Of a stretch of DNA of 20,000 nucleotides, positions 1 to 8,095 are shown piece after piece (within the stretch, counting starts at the first letter, position 1; every line of letters starts with the position of its first letter). Location: the IMG/VR virus record IMGVR_UViG_3300042898_004326. One strand, written 5' to 3'. The position numbers and the translations under genes are program-made. The DNA is from an uncultured virus (IMG/VR IMGVR_UViG_3300042898_004326) (Duplodnaviria > Heunggongvirae > Uroviricota > Caudoviricetes). The notes beneath the pieces were generated by a model, which saw nothing but the letters and a program-made list of their open reading frames with translations, was not told where the DNA came from and ran no database searches.

Positions 1-1
1 T

Positions 2-175
2 CTGATTGAGAATACAGATTTAGCAGATGCCATGGTGGCGTGTGAAATAATGCACAAGAACATCGTTAAGAAGTCTGAGCGGACAAAACCTCAAGAAGTG
101 ATGGTTCGAGAGATACCAATCTTGAAGTTTGTAAACGGACGGTATGTTCGTGAGTGGGTGAAGGTAAAAGCATAG
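2..175 (+). CDS. 3' end of a plus-strand gene (partial), possibly the C-terminus of a terminase large subunit
   Basis: Not in the ORF track. Frame 2 is open from the window edge: LIENTDLADAMVACEIMHKNIVKKSERTKPQEVMVREIPILKFVNGRYVREWVKVKA*, with TAG at 173-175. NTDxxDA resembles the last acidic motif of terminase nuclease domains; the product call is weak. Confidence 0.5.
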   Translation: MIENTDLADAMVACEIMHKNIVKKSERTKPQEVMVREIPILKFVNGRYVREWVKVKA

Positions 176-515
176 GGTAGTTTACCTGTTTATCTTCTAA
201 GAAATTCGCTAATACATCTACGCAGCGGACCGAAAGGAACTCTCCATCCAGTAAGATAGGAATCTTTATTTTCTTACGGCAATGAACCACTAGGTAACCA
301 TTTATGGGCTTGGTGGTAAATCTCTGGCGTAGGGTTGGTACAATCACATTATCCCCATGTTTCTCTATCTTATGAGAAAAGCAAAGTTCTTGGGTCACGA
401 GTTCATATCGCAACCCAAGAAGTATTACCCGAAGATCGATCCCATAGTGTGGGATATTGATTCTTACAGCAGACTCAATTGTTTCGGCTGAATCAATTCT
501 ATCAGTTTGTTGCAT
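66..515 (-). CDS. Hypothetical protein (doubtful)
   Basis: 149-aa ORF that fills the gap after the polymerase, but it overlaps pol by 52 nt and the convergent gene by 110 nt. No recognisable motif. Confidence 0.3.
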   Translation of the reverse strand: MQQTDRIDSAETIESAVRINIPHYGIDLRVILLGLRYELVTQELCFSHKIEKHGDNVIVPTLRQRFTTKPINGYLVVHCRKKIKIPILLDGEFLSVRCVDVLANFLEDKQVNYPMLLPSPTHEHTVRLQTSRLVSLEPSLLEVLSAQTS

Positions 516-2398
516 TCGTTTTCGAAAAATCCGTAGTTCAAATTACTCTTATCAAAATCATCCTTGCGATTGAATGGGTAGGTCTGATATCCTTCACACA
601 AATGGTGCTCACGACCATCCTTATTAATCTTCATAGACACACCACCTCTATATACCGGCAGGAAACGATATATCTTGCCGAAATCTAGTCTTCTTTCTTC
701 GTTGCCATCAAGATAAATAAACTCAACGTGCCATCCCCTAGTAGCCTTGTAGCGACCGCAGAAGTCTAAGATGTTGTCGTGATTGCGAAGGGTCTCAGCA
801 ATAGGAGTTCCATTCACAAAGTATTCACGAACAGCCAAAGGTACAACCATATAGGAGTTATCCTTATGCCAATCCTTTTTAGTTTCAAACGCACCCTTCT
901 CTTTAATCTTGCCATCCTCACTTACAGCAATGTAGTTGTTTACATCCCGGATAATCATGGATGCGTAGTTTGCATATTCCAATTGCAATTTGGTCACCTG
1001 CTCCCACTCCCTACAGATTTTCATAATCTCATCTTGTAACAAATAACTATATAAAATTGTTACACCATCTGTGTTAACTTGCAGTAGGGATGCACCTTTG
1101 CGAACCAAACGCTCTACCAACATTGTCAAAAGCAATTGTCCGTTCACGGTGACTGCAAAGAATACATTCGGATCGTAAAAACAACTCACATCTGAACCCG
1201 TCTTACCGAACAAACCATTCAATGCCAACTTCAATGCATCAGCAGTCAACTTGTCACCTTCCTTCTGAGCCTGAACCCTTTGGTCAAAAATATCGGTGTA
1301 CACTTGAACAAAGGTATCTTGATTCATTTGCCTTGGGTGGAGTCTGTTACGAATGAATAAGTTGGGGTAGTAAGACTTCACATCAATGTCAAGAATACCA
1401 TGTGTCTTACTTGTGCTGTACACACCTGGCTTGAGACATCCGTGAATACCACCAACACCATAGTCCAAACGCATCCCATCAAAGTTCACGGAGAAACTGA
1501 AACTCTTCTTCTGTTGAGCGATTCTCTGTACTCGAATGTTGTTGTCCCTAAACTTATCGAGCAGATCGTTGGTTGATGCACTCGTATTCAAATTCTCTAC
1601 GAACTGCTTTAAGAAAGAAGAAGAGGAGACGGTTTCATTCATCAAGTAGAGCAACTTCTGGAAGCAGGGCTCTCGAAAAGAAACATAAGGAAAGATTATA
1701 TTCTTAAGTTTAACATCTGCTCTTTTGCCTCTAATCTCCTGTAATTGTTTTGTAGGTAGACCCATAGCTTGCGAAAGGTATTTCAAAAAGATTGACTCAC
1801 CAATAACCACATCGCTCTTGTTTAACACTTTAAGGTTGTATTTCTTACCGATTTTCTTACGAAGTTCAACTTTATCGTGGCATAACTCATAGAAGTAAGC
1901 TGTGAATTCCACATCGTTTTTGTTGTAACCGATAACCTTCTCCAAATTAATCTTATCTATTAGTGTGGTGTGATCAAACGGCATATCCATTACATTGTCC
2001 CATCCACAAGAAACCTGCAAGGCTTTCAAAGAAGTCGAGCGAGCTTTGTTGTCGTAGTGATTCAGCAGATACAAATCCAACTGAGAAATTTCTTGTGCTG
2101 TGTAAGATCGCTTTTCTTGAGAAATAATTTCCTGAGCAAGAGCATAAATCTGCTGTGCTGTCTGAATTTCATCCTTCATTATAGCACGAACGATAGGCCA
2201 GTCAAAATGGATGTTGTTGAACCCAATCATCCCAGCTTTTTTCGCTTGCAAATCCTTCATATAAATTTGGAACGCAACTAAATCTGAGCCCAAATCCTTG
2301 TCCCCAATAACAAATACATTTAGTTCTTTTGTGTCGATGTTTAAACCCGTGTAGGTAAAGCAATTCTTAAATGTTTCGATGTCGTATACTATTTTCAT
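464..2398 (-). CDS. Phage family B DNA polymerase with N-terminal 3'-5' exonuclease
   Basis: 644 aa. ExoI YDIETF, ExoII GFNNIHFD, ExoIII YNKNDV; polymerase motif A DIDVKSYYPNL, motif B KLALNGLFGK, motif C NTDG. Confidence 0.93.
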   Translation of the reverse strand: MKIVYDIETFKNCFTYTGLNIDTKELNVFVIGDKDLGSDLVAFQIYMKDLQAKKAGMIGFNNIHFDWPIVRAIMKDEIQTAQQIYALAQEIISQEKRSYTAQEISQLDLYLLNHYDNKARSTSLKALQVSCGWDNVMDMPFDHTTLIDKINLEKVIGYNKNDVEFTAYFYELCHDKVELRKKIGKKYNLKVLNKSDVVIGESIFLKYLSQAMGLPTKQLQEIRGKRADVKLKNIIFPYVSFREPCFQKLLYLMNETVSSSSFLKQFVENLNTSASTNDLLDKFRDNNIRVQRIAQQKKSFSFSVNFDGMRLDYGVGGIHGCLKPGVYSTSKTHGILDIDVKSYYPNLFIRNRLHPRQMNQDTFVQVYTDIFDQRVQAQKEGDKLTADALKLALNGLFGKTGSDVSCFYDPNVFFAVTVNGQLLLTMLVERLVRKGASLLQVNTDGVTILYSYLLQDEIMKICREWEQVTKLQLEYANYASMIIRDVNNYIAVSEDGKIKEKGAFETKKDWHKDNSYMVVPLAVREYFVNGTPIAETLRNHDNILDFCGRYKATRGWHVEFIYLDGNEERRLDFGKIYRFLPVYRGGVSMKINKDGREHHLCEGYQTYPFNRKDDFDKSNLNYGFFENECNKLIELIQPKQLSLL

Positions 2399-2649
2399 CT
2401 TCGTAGTTTATAAGTAATTGTTGTAATGTGATTGACTCCGGTATCTGTGTACATTTCGAGATGGTAATAATCCCCAATGCGAACCCATCCCTCGGAGATA
2501 ACAGGAATGGGTTTGTGATTGTAAAGCATTTCTTTCTTTTGAAATTCTTTATAGTAGTGTGGGCTCAGGTTGAATTCCATGACCTCTTCCCCACGCTTGT
2601 GGTGAGAAGAACAAATCATTTTCATCAGATTGAATATCGATTTTGACAT
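2395..2649 (-). CDS. Hypothetical protein (start may be Met at 2580)
   Basis: Fills the gap between helicase and polymerase, with an ATGA overlap at the pol start. Confidence 0.6.
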   Translation of the reverse strand: MSKSIFNLMKMICSSHHKRGEEVMEFNLSPHYYKEFQKKEMLYNHKPIPVISEGWVRIGDYYHLEMYTDTGVNHITTITYKLRR

Positions 2650-4288
2650 TTAGTAATGATTTAAAATTTCCGTCTTCTGAGTATTGACCCGACTCACGAT
2701 CAAACTCGTATTCTATTCTGCCTAGCTTACCTCTGAAGTGCCACTTGATTTTCTGCACATGAACTTCAACCGGATCTTTCTGACCATTTTGAAATGAGCG
2801 ATGTACTGCCAAGCCCCAATCAGGCACGTTAAAGAAATGATGAGACCCAGATATATCATACAACCTAGGCACATTATACCCAGCGGATGTCTTGTCCATT
2901 TTTCTAGGATGTGCGACCAATACGACCAATACATTGTTCTTTACTGCAAATTTCTTAAGTCTCCTAAGGAGGTTACCAATCTTTTCATTAGAGCTATCTT
3001 CATCTATATCATTTTCAATGTAATTGAACGGATCGAGCAATAGGCAATCGATTCCGTTGCGTTTAACAAGCATTTCGGCAAGGCGTAGAAGATTGGTGAT
3101 AGTATAATCTTCTAAGGTTTCTACATTGTAAAACCAAAAGTGATTGTTGATTATGTTGATGCCTTGCTCAATCTCATTTTGATTCATACTGCTCATAGGT
3201 TTACCAAGCAATTGCTCAGTCATGCGAGTAATCTTCAGCGGAGCAATATTCTCTGGGGAGAACACACCGAACTTCCAATTCTTAAGATGGGCAAGGCGTA
3301 CGAAAATGTAGTCCAACCATGTGCTCTTACCTGATCCCGGAATACCTGTAACCACACCTAACTCGCCACGATTCCATGAAATATGGTCATCGGTCTCAGA
3401 CATACCTACTAGAGAGCCAATGGGGTATCCATCCTTATGGTAGGATAGAATTGTAGATAGGTAGTCAACTGCCGAGGAAATCTCGGCAACTGGCAATGCC
3501 TTGGCATTCTCGAATAGGCGTGTAATAAAGTCTTGACCGTAACGCTTCAAACAATCGTTCGCATCTTTCTCGTTCTCAGGGAACTCAATCATGCGAATGT
3601 CATGCCCACCAAATCTGCGAGCAATGTCTTCTTGCAACTTCCTGCCTGGCTCATCATTGTCCGTAGCGAGGTAGATTACTTTATCTGAGAACAGGTCGTA
3701 AGTAGCATCCAGCCAATCGAGATTATTATTGTTTTTAGAAGCACCGTTAGGCACAGAAATTGCTTTGAGGTCAGATTGGTACCAGACCATTGTTTCTTCT
3801 TCACCTTCGCATACAATAACATAACTACTATTCTTGATAGCATCAATGTTGTACGGAATTTTTCGAGCATCTTTGACCATCTTGAACTTCTTGTCAGCGG
3901 TCTTGAATTTGATATTAATGAGTTCTCCATCTAAATAATAATTAAAGCAAATTACACGGTGTTCCTTCTGATCCTGAGGCATCCATTCCCTGCCCTCTGT
4001 GACACCGAAAGCATCCAATGTGGCACGAGATATCTTACGCTTATCAAAGTACTCGTATACCCCATCAGTTTCAATTGGTTTCCTTGGTTCGGGTCTCACA
4101 TATTGATTGACTGAACCACTCCATCCACAATGATGGCATTTCCACACACCGGTATCGATGTTAACACCGAGGGATGGATCGCTCTTTTTCTTTCTGCTGT
4201 GAGCACACTTAGGACAGATTGTTTTAACTTCACCACTCCATCTATCTCGGAGATCTATACCTAGCTTAACTAGTTTATCTGCGTTCAT
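2549..4288 (-). CDS. Bifunctional DNA primase-helicase (T7 gp4/Twinkle-like)
   Basis: Zn finger CPKC...CHHC; TOPRIM VCEGE, ATDNDEPG, KDAND; SF4 helicase Walker A GIPGSGKS, LLDPFNY, VAHPRK, DISGS. Confidence 0.95.
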   Translation of the reverse strand: MNADKLVKLGIDLRDRWSGEVKTICPKCAHSRKKKSDPSLGVNIDTGVWKCHHCGWSGSVNQYVRPEPRKPIETDGVYEYFDKRKISRATLDAFGVTEGREWMPQDQKEHRVICFNYYLDGELINIKFKTADKKFKMVKDARKIPYNIDAIKNSSYVIVCEGEEETMVWYQSDLKAISVPNGASKNNNNLDWLDATYDLFSDKVIYLATDNDEPGRKLQEDIARRFGGHDIRMIEFPENEKDANDCLKRYGQDFITRLFENAKALPVAEISSAVDYLSTILSYHKDGYPIGSLVGMSETDDHISWNRGELGVVTGIPGSGKSTWLDYIFVRLAHLKNWKFGVFSPENIAPLKITRMTEQLLGKPMSSMNQNEIEQGINIINNHFWFYNVETLEDYTITNLLRLAEMLVKRNGIDCLLLDPFNYIENDIDEDSSNEKIGNLLRRLKKFAVKNNVLVVLVAHPRKMDKTSAGYNVPRLYDISGSHHFFNVPDWGLAVHRSFQNGQKDPVEVHVQKIKWHFRGKLGRIEYEFDRESGQYSEDGNFKSLLNVKIDIQSDENDLFFSPQAWGRGHGIQPEPTLL

Positions 4289-4505
4289 TGTAAGGCGGTA
4301 CTAAGTTTGATATGGTCCATTGGGTTAATTCCAATGCCCGTTTATAACCTTCTGCATAACCTTCGTAATAGCTCATTTGCTTTTGCTCCTTCTCCATTTC
4401 TTTGGCTTGTTCAATTACTTCATCTGGAATTTGTGCAGTATCACCATATTTTCCGCATTCAATTAAGAACCACTCAACTGCCGTCTGTTGTTTATTGTTT
4501 GTCAT
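4275..4505 (-). CDS. Small hypothetical protein (QTAVEW...AKEMEK type), paralogue of 4687-4923
   Basis: The first ~40 aa are nearly identical to those of 4687-4923. ATGA coupling with the upstream gene. Confidence 0.8.
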   Translation of the reverse strand: MTNNKQQTAVEWFLIECGKYGDTAQIPDEVIEQAKEMEKEQKQMSYYEGYAEGYKRALELTQWTISNLVPPYNERR

Positions 4506-4509
4506 TGCT
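4387..4509. repeat. 123-bp direct repeat, copy 1 (copy 2 at 4805-4927)
   Basis: 122/123 identical; the single mismatch is at 4410 vs 4828 (Glu GAA vs Asp GAC on the minus strand). Confidence 0.95.
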
Positions 4510-4527
4510 CACCTCCTCCGTAGGTTT
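4500..4527. repeat. 28-bp gene-junction repeat, copy 1 (copy 2 at 4685-4712)
   Basis: Minus strand AAACCTACGGAGGAGGTGAGCAATGACA encodes TYGGGEQ-stop overlapping the next ATG. The two copies are exact duplicates. Confidence 0.95.
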
Positions 4528-4690
4528 CAATTGCTTGTTTTACTTGTTCCCAATAGTTTGATAAATCCTCATCCTTGTCAACGGAGTTGATACTTAAAAT
4601 TTCTTCAACACAAATCCTTGCGTTTATTTTACCATATCCTCCACGATTAAATAGATGTATTAAATAAATTGCATTTTCTTGTGGTGTCAT
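4502..4690 (-). CDS. Small hypothetical protein (MTPQENA... type)
   Basis: 62 aa, ATGA overlaps at both ends, ends in TYGGGEQ like 4687-4923. Confidence 0.8.
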   Translation of the reverse strand: MTPQENAIYLIHLFNRGGYGKINARICVEEILSINSVDKDEDLSNYWEQVKQAIETYGGGEQ

Positions 4691-4712
4691 TGCTCACCTC
4701 CTCCGTAGGTTT
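4685..4712. repeat. 28-bp gene-junction repeat, copy 2
   Basis: Identical to 4500-4527. Confidence 0.95.
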
Positions 4713-4923
4713 GTTCGTAGTATTGTTCACCAGTTATTGGTAATGTACTTTCAGGATAATCAATTCCATGAACTGTTCCTTTGTTGTATGCAGTTTCAAT
4801 TCTTTCCTTCTCCATTTCTTTGGCTTGGTCAATTACTTCATCTGGAATTTGTGCAGTATCACCATATTTTCCGCATTCAATTAAGAACCACTCAACTGCC
4901 GTCTGTTGTTTATTGTTTGTCAT
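4687..4923 (-). CDS. Small hypothetical protein (QTAVEW...AKEMEK...EQYYEQTY type)
   Basis: 78 aa, coupled to both neighbours by ATGA overlaps. Confidence 0.8.
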   Translation of the reverse strand: MTNNKQQTAVEWFLIECGKYGDTAQIPDEVIDQAKEMEKERIETAYNKGTVHGIDYPESTLPITGEQYYEQTYGGGEQ

Positions 4924-4927
4924 TGCT
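4805..4927. repeat. 123-bp direct repeat, copy 2
   Basis: See 4387-4509. Confidence 0.95.
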
Positions 4928-5066
4928 TTGTTTTATTAAGTAAGTTAACATAACCCTCTGCTTGTTCTTTGGTTGAGAACATACGTTTCAATTCTTGATT
5001 GATGTAAATACGCCATTGAGGAATACCATTGACATTGGCCTCAACTATTAGTATCTCATTCTTCAT
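4920..5066 (-). CDS. Small hypothetical protein, 48 aa (not in ORF track)
   Basis: MKNEILIVEANVNGIPQWRIYINQELKRMFSTKEQAEGYVNLLNKTKQ*. Fills the gap and ends in the same GCAATGACA stop/start junction. Confidence 0.7.
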   Translation of the reverse strand: MKNEILIVEANVNGIPQWRIYINQELKRMFSTKEQAEGYVNLLNKTKQ

Positions 5067-5316
5067 CCCACTCTCCATTTTGAATTGATTTAATTAAAGA
5101 TTTAAAACTATCCCAAGTGTAAAACTTAACTGAGTAATCGAATATCGAACCATACCAAACATTATCTCTATTATCATCTGGAGCCAAGTGCAGGCTTACA
5201 CCATTGACAATTAATGTAAAATAATGATAAACCTTATCTCCGGTGTATAGGGTTGTTAGCGTTTTTTTCTCGAACTGAAAGTCTTTTTTCAGTTGAATTG
5301 CATCTCGTAGAGTCAT
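5056..5316 (-). CDS. Hypothetical protein (likely start MTLRDAIQ at 5316)
   Basis: Part of the 119-aa ORF; the internal Met follows an A-rich leader. Confidence 0.7.
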   Translation of the reverse strand: MTLRDAIQLKKDFQFEKKTLTTLYTGDKVYHYFTLIVNGVSLHLAPDDNRDNVWYGSIFDYSVKFYTWDSFKSLIKSIQNGEWDEE

Positions 5317-5449
5317 ATATTTTTTTAATTTGGGTTTGAATATTTTCAAAAAATTCGTTAAAGTCAACGGGTTGATCTGGACAGCAGACACTTTGTGCCT
5401 TGGGGTTATGCTCACAGATTTTAAATGGGATTTCTTTTATCTCAATCAT
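5234..5449 (-). CDS. Hypothetical protein (start MIEIKE at 5449, uncertain)
   Basis: Part of the 115-aa ORF; fills the gap 5317-5498 but overlaps the downstream gene by 83 nt. Confidence 0.45.
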   Translation of the reverse strand: MIEIKEIPFKICEHNPKAQSVCCPDQPVDFNEFFENIQTQIKKIYDSTRCNSTEKRLSVREKNANNPIHRR

Positions 5450-5498
5450 AATTACTAGTTTTTTTGGTTTGTTTAATTTACACGGCATGATGATAGAA

Positions 5499-5624
5499 TT
5501 AGTTCTTGGTGGTCTGTTGTGTGTACTCATCAATGTACATAATGGAACGAATAGCAAAGTAACAACAGATAAACATACCAAGGATATAGAGAATCATCGC
5601 CATAAACTTTAGTAATCTTTTCAT
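5499..5624 (-). CDS. Small membrane protein, 41 aa (not in ORF track)
   Basis: MKRLLKFMAMILYILGMFICCYFAIRSIMYIDEYTQQTTKN*: basic N-terminus plus one hydrophobic helix; starts 8 nt after the previous stop. Confidence 0.65.
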   Translation of the reverse strand: MKRLLKFMAMILYILGMFICCYFAIRSIMYIDEYTQQTTKN

Positions 5625-5632
5625 ATGTTGTT

Positions 5633-5944
5633 TTACAAAATTATATTATCTTTTTCAAAGTTCCAAGTTTTTATTGCAGCTTTCCAATTCTTCATCTTGT
5701 TCTTGCCAATCATCCAATTCTTGGATTCGTAGAAGTTCCAGAACTTATCTGCTTGCATAAAGGGATGGCGTACATTCTGTCTCTTGAGTTCCATCCCAAC
5801 TTCCTGTAACGATGGTGGCTCAAATCGTTTACTCTTGGGTTCTTTGATTTTCTCCAATGTTTCCACTACTGCCTCATTGGTTCTCCATCTTGGTTCTATC
5901 TGGTCGAGGATGTACTCGAAGAGATCAACTATTTCCTTGCTCAT
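5633..5944 (-). CDS. Stand-alone domain resembling the C-terminus of phage replication initiator/replisome-organiser proteins
   Basis: FEPPSLQEV...ADKFWNFYESKNWMIGKNKMKNWKAAIKTW matches the FxPPTxEEV...FxxYYxxxGWxxGKxKMKDWKAAxRTW pattern. Confidence 0.7.
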   Translation of the reverse strand: MSKEIVDLFEYILDQIEPRWRTNEAVVETLEKIKEPKSKRFEPPSLQEVGMELKRQNVRHPFMQADKFWNFYESKNWMIGKNKMKNWKAAIKTWNFEKDNIIL

Positions 5945-6260
5945 AAGATTTTTTTACTGCGTTCAACATGATTGTTTCTGTTTCGAATTCTTCTTGGTTA
6001 TCATACCATTCTTTGCTTCTGGCGATGCTCTGTAGTACCGTAGAGTGATTCTTTAAGCCCACCATCCTTGCGATTGTCTCCAATGTAAACAAGTTGCTGT
6101 TGTATAGCATATGGATATAAATGTGGCGTAGTACTACCTCTGTAGTGCCACGACCTCTGCGTGTTTCCCAAAGCAACCTTGGTACACCAGTACCTTCTTC
6201 GATTGCATCGATAATTCTATTTTTGGTCTGCGATTGCAGTTTTGTTTCTAAGTACATCAT
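5925..6260 (-). CDS. DnaA domain IV-like helix-turn-helix DNA-binding protein
   Basis: VLRHIYIHML...TLETIARMVGLKNHSTVLQSI resembles the DnaA C-terminal signature (RQIAMYL...SLxxIGxxFGGRDHTTVLHA). Confidence 0.75.
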   Translation of the reverse strand: MMYLETKLQSQTKNRIIDAIEEGTGVPRLLWETRRGRGTTEVVLRHIYIHMLYNSNLFTLETIARMVGLKNHSTVLQSIARSKEWYDNQEEFETETIMLNAVKKSYEQGNS

Positions 6261-6261
6261 G

Positions 6262-6756
6262 TTATTTAAGATTTTTGATTTTGTCTATGTAAGTTGGATC
6301 GGAGGCGTACCTGCCGTTGATTGATTGTAAGTAATGGTCTTGGATGTGGATGTAACATTTGATGTTGTCCTGATAGGTTTTGTACTTGGCATACACCCCA
6401 TGCTTGCCACAGATATAGTGGCATTTGTGGTATGTGATGCCGAACATATTTTTTGCGTTCTTTCCCACATTGCTCTTGCCAACATTTGATTCTAATTTCG
6501 CTTGAGCCAATGCCACATTGGGCAGAACACAACCATTCTCGTGCAAACATTTAACAATTGCCTCTTCAGACAATTCAATATCCTTGTGTTTTTCAGTAGT
6601 TGGTTTCACAACTTTGTAAACGATTCTGATGGATTCTTCCCGGAAGAAGAATATCACAGTAGCACCGATGAGCAGGAGCAATAGTGCGATGCTGAAGAAC
6701 TTGTATTTATTTCTTGTTGGTACAAGCTCAAGATTGTTGGTTAATTTGTAATTCAT
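6262..6756 (-). CDS. GH73/glucosaminidase-family peptidoglycan hydrolase with N-terminal transmembrane segment
   Basis: FFSIALLLLLIGATVIFFF helix; ALAQAKLES (catalytic Glu), NMFGI, YAKY, RYASDPTY (YATDPxY-like). Confidence 0.85.
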   Translation of the reverse strand: MNYKLTNNLELVPTRNKYKFFSIALLLLLIGATVIFFFREESIRIVYKVVKPTTEKHKDIELSEEAIVKCLHENGCVLPNVALAQAKLESNVGKSNVGKNAKNMFGITYHKCHYICGKHGVYAKYKTYQDNIKCYIHIQDHYLQSINGRYASDPTYIDKIKNLK

Positions 6757-7423
6757 ATATGTTGTTTTTTAAGATTTTCTGAATTGTAACTGCATGAAAT
6801 TTTCCATTTTTACTGCCCTTAATTCCTTGAGAATTAAAGTGTTCAGCAATTTGGCGTAGGCTTTGTCCTTCAGCTTTGAGTGTAGTGATTGTCTCTACAA
6901 TAAGCATTTGCTCTGGGTCTCTGATCAATACTCCATCTTGATTCTTATAACCAAGGGGAGGATAGGCACAATAGACCTTCTTGTTTTTCTTTAGGGTGGC
7001 TTTTACGGATCGTGTATACTCACCGGTAACATCCGATTGATACTCGGCAAAAACTGCCATAAGATTTCGCATGGCTTTGCCTGACGAACCGCTCATCTCT
7101 GGTTCCTCGATAGAATAGAACTTAATTTTCTTTTTTTCGAGTATATCCATTTGGTTGAGAAAGTCTCGGAGATTACGAGCAAAACGAGTGCTGTGCCATA
7201 CTATGAGAGTAGAGATGTCTCCCTTGTTGATTCGTTTCATCATCTCCTGAAACCCAGGTCTCTTAAGATTTTTTCCACTATAACCGGCATCCTCATAAAT
7301 ATTTTCCAGAAAGATGCCCTTTTTCTGACAAAAGTCTATAATTCTTTCCACTTGGTTATCAAGTGATGTACCTTTTTCCGCTTGCATATCTGTTGATACA
7401 CGGATGTAACCGATCGCTTTCAT
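6728..7423 (-). CDS. Serine recombinase (resolvase catalytic domain plus short recombinase-type DNA-binding domain)
   Basis: MKAIGYIRVSTDMQ (catalytic Ser10), SLDNQ, DAGYSG...RPG, TRFARN, PPLGY, SLRQIAEHFN. 231 aa. Confidence 0.92.
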   Translation of the reverse strand: MKAIGYIRVSTDMQAEKGTSLDNQVERIIDFCQKKGIFLENIYEDAGYSGKNLKRPGFQEMMKRINKGDISTLIVWHSTRFARNLRDFLNQMDILEKKKIKFYSIEEPEMSGSSGKAMRNLMAVFAEYQSDVTGEYTRSVKATLKKNKKVYCAYPPLGYKNQDGVLIRDPEQMLIVETITTLKAEGQSLRQIAEHFNSQGIKGSKNGKFHAVTIQKILKNNIYELQINQQS

Positions 7424-7707
7424 GTGTTTCTTCCTTTCAATACTTTGGTGATAAATTCTTGTTTACTCATGCTCTTCATGATGCAGTACTCATCAAGGTA
7501 TGGCATCAGATGGTCTTTTACCGGTATGGTTAATTTGATTCTTTCTTTGTGTTTGATTAAGTCTCTCTCCAATAGAGAACGGTGAGATCGTACACGATTC
7601 TCCACAGCCACAGATAATGCATCCAGAGCTATCTTGGCAGATTCAAATCGTGCGATGAATTCTTGGTAATCTTGTACAGGAACAAATACATCAATCGTCT
7701 TCATCAT
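7420..7707 (-). CDS. Hypothetical protein, possible C-terminal ribbon-helix-helix
   Basis: LTIPVKDHLMPYLDEYCIMKSMSKQEFITKVL has RHH-like spacing; ATGA overlap with the recombinase. Confidence 0.65.
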   Translation of the reverse strand: MMKTIDVFVPVQDYQEFIARFESAKIALDALSVAVENRVRSHRSLLERDLIKHKERIKLTIPVKDHLMPYLDEYCIMKSMSKQEFITKVLKGRNT

Positions 7708-8095
7708 CGTAGATATAACATTGGTTTTCGATATCGTAGATTTCTTCTGATGGGATATCCAAGTCTTCTGCTACCCGTATTGCTTCAGAGAAGTCAGCAA
7801 AGAACAAATCCATGGTCACTTGATAGAAACTTTCTGTGGCAGATATGTCTACATACAAGGCTTTCTCGAAGTCATAATCAGCATCATATGTTGCACGCAT
7901 ATCTGCAATATTTTCTTCAATCTCTTCGACAATCTTTTCGAAAGGCACTAAGTCAACCAAGTCTTCAAAATAGAAATCCAAGGGGACAAGGTATCCAACC
8001 GATCTGAATGTGAAATCGAATGGATTGTAACTAACTTGACCATGATCGATCAGATGCTTGTGAATTTTTACGAATTCAATATTATCTCTTTGCAT
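7691..8095 (-). CDS. Highly acidic hypothetical protein
   Basis: 134 aa, about 35 D/E vs 8 K/R by hand count; ends YDDEDD. Confidence 0.75.
   Translation of the reverse strand: MQRDNIEFVKIHKHLIDHGQVSYNPFDFTFRSVGYLVPLDFYFEDLVDLVPFEKIVEEIEENIADMRATYDADYDFEKALYVDISATESFYQVTMDLFFADFSEAIRVAEDLDIPSEEIYDIENQCYIYDDEDD

Noticed and set aside
4387..4927. Diversity-generating retroelement TR/VR pair
   Set aside because: Only one mismatch, the repeat covers gene 5' ends rather than a C-terminal variable region, and there is no reverse transcriptase in the window.
6266..6550. Same-strand alternative-frame ORFs inside the GH73 gene and the helicase (e.g. 2722-2934, 3676-3930)
   Set aside because: Short and without recognisable motifs, unlike the nested MTase ORF.
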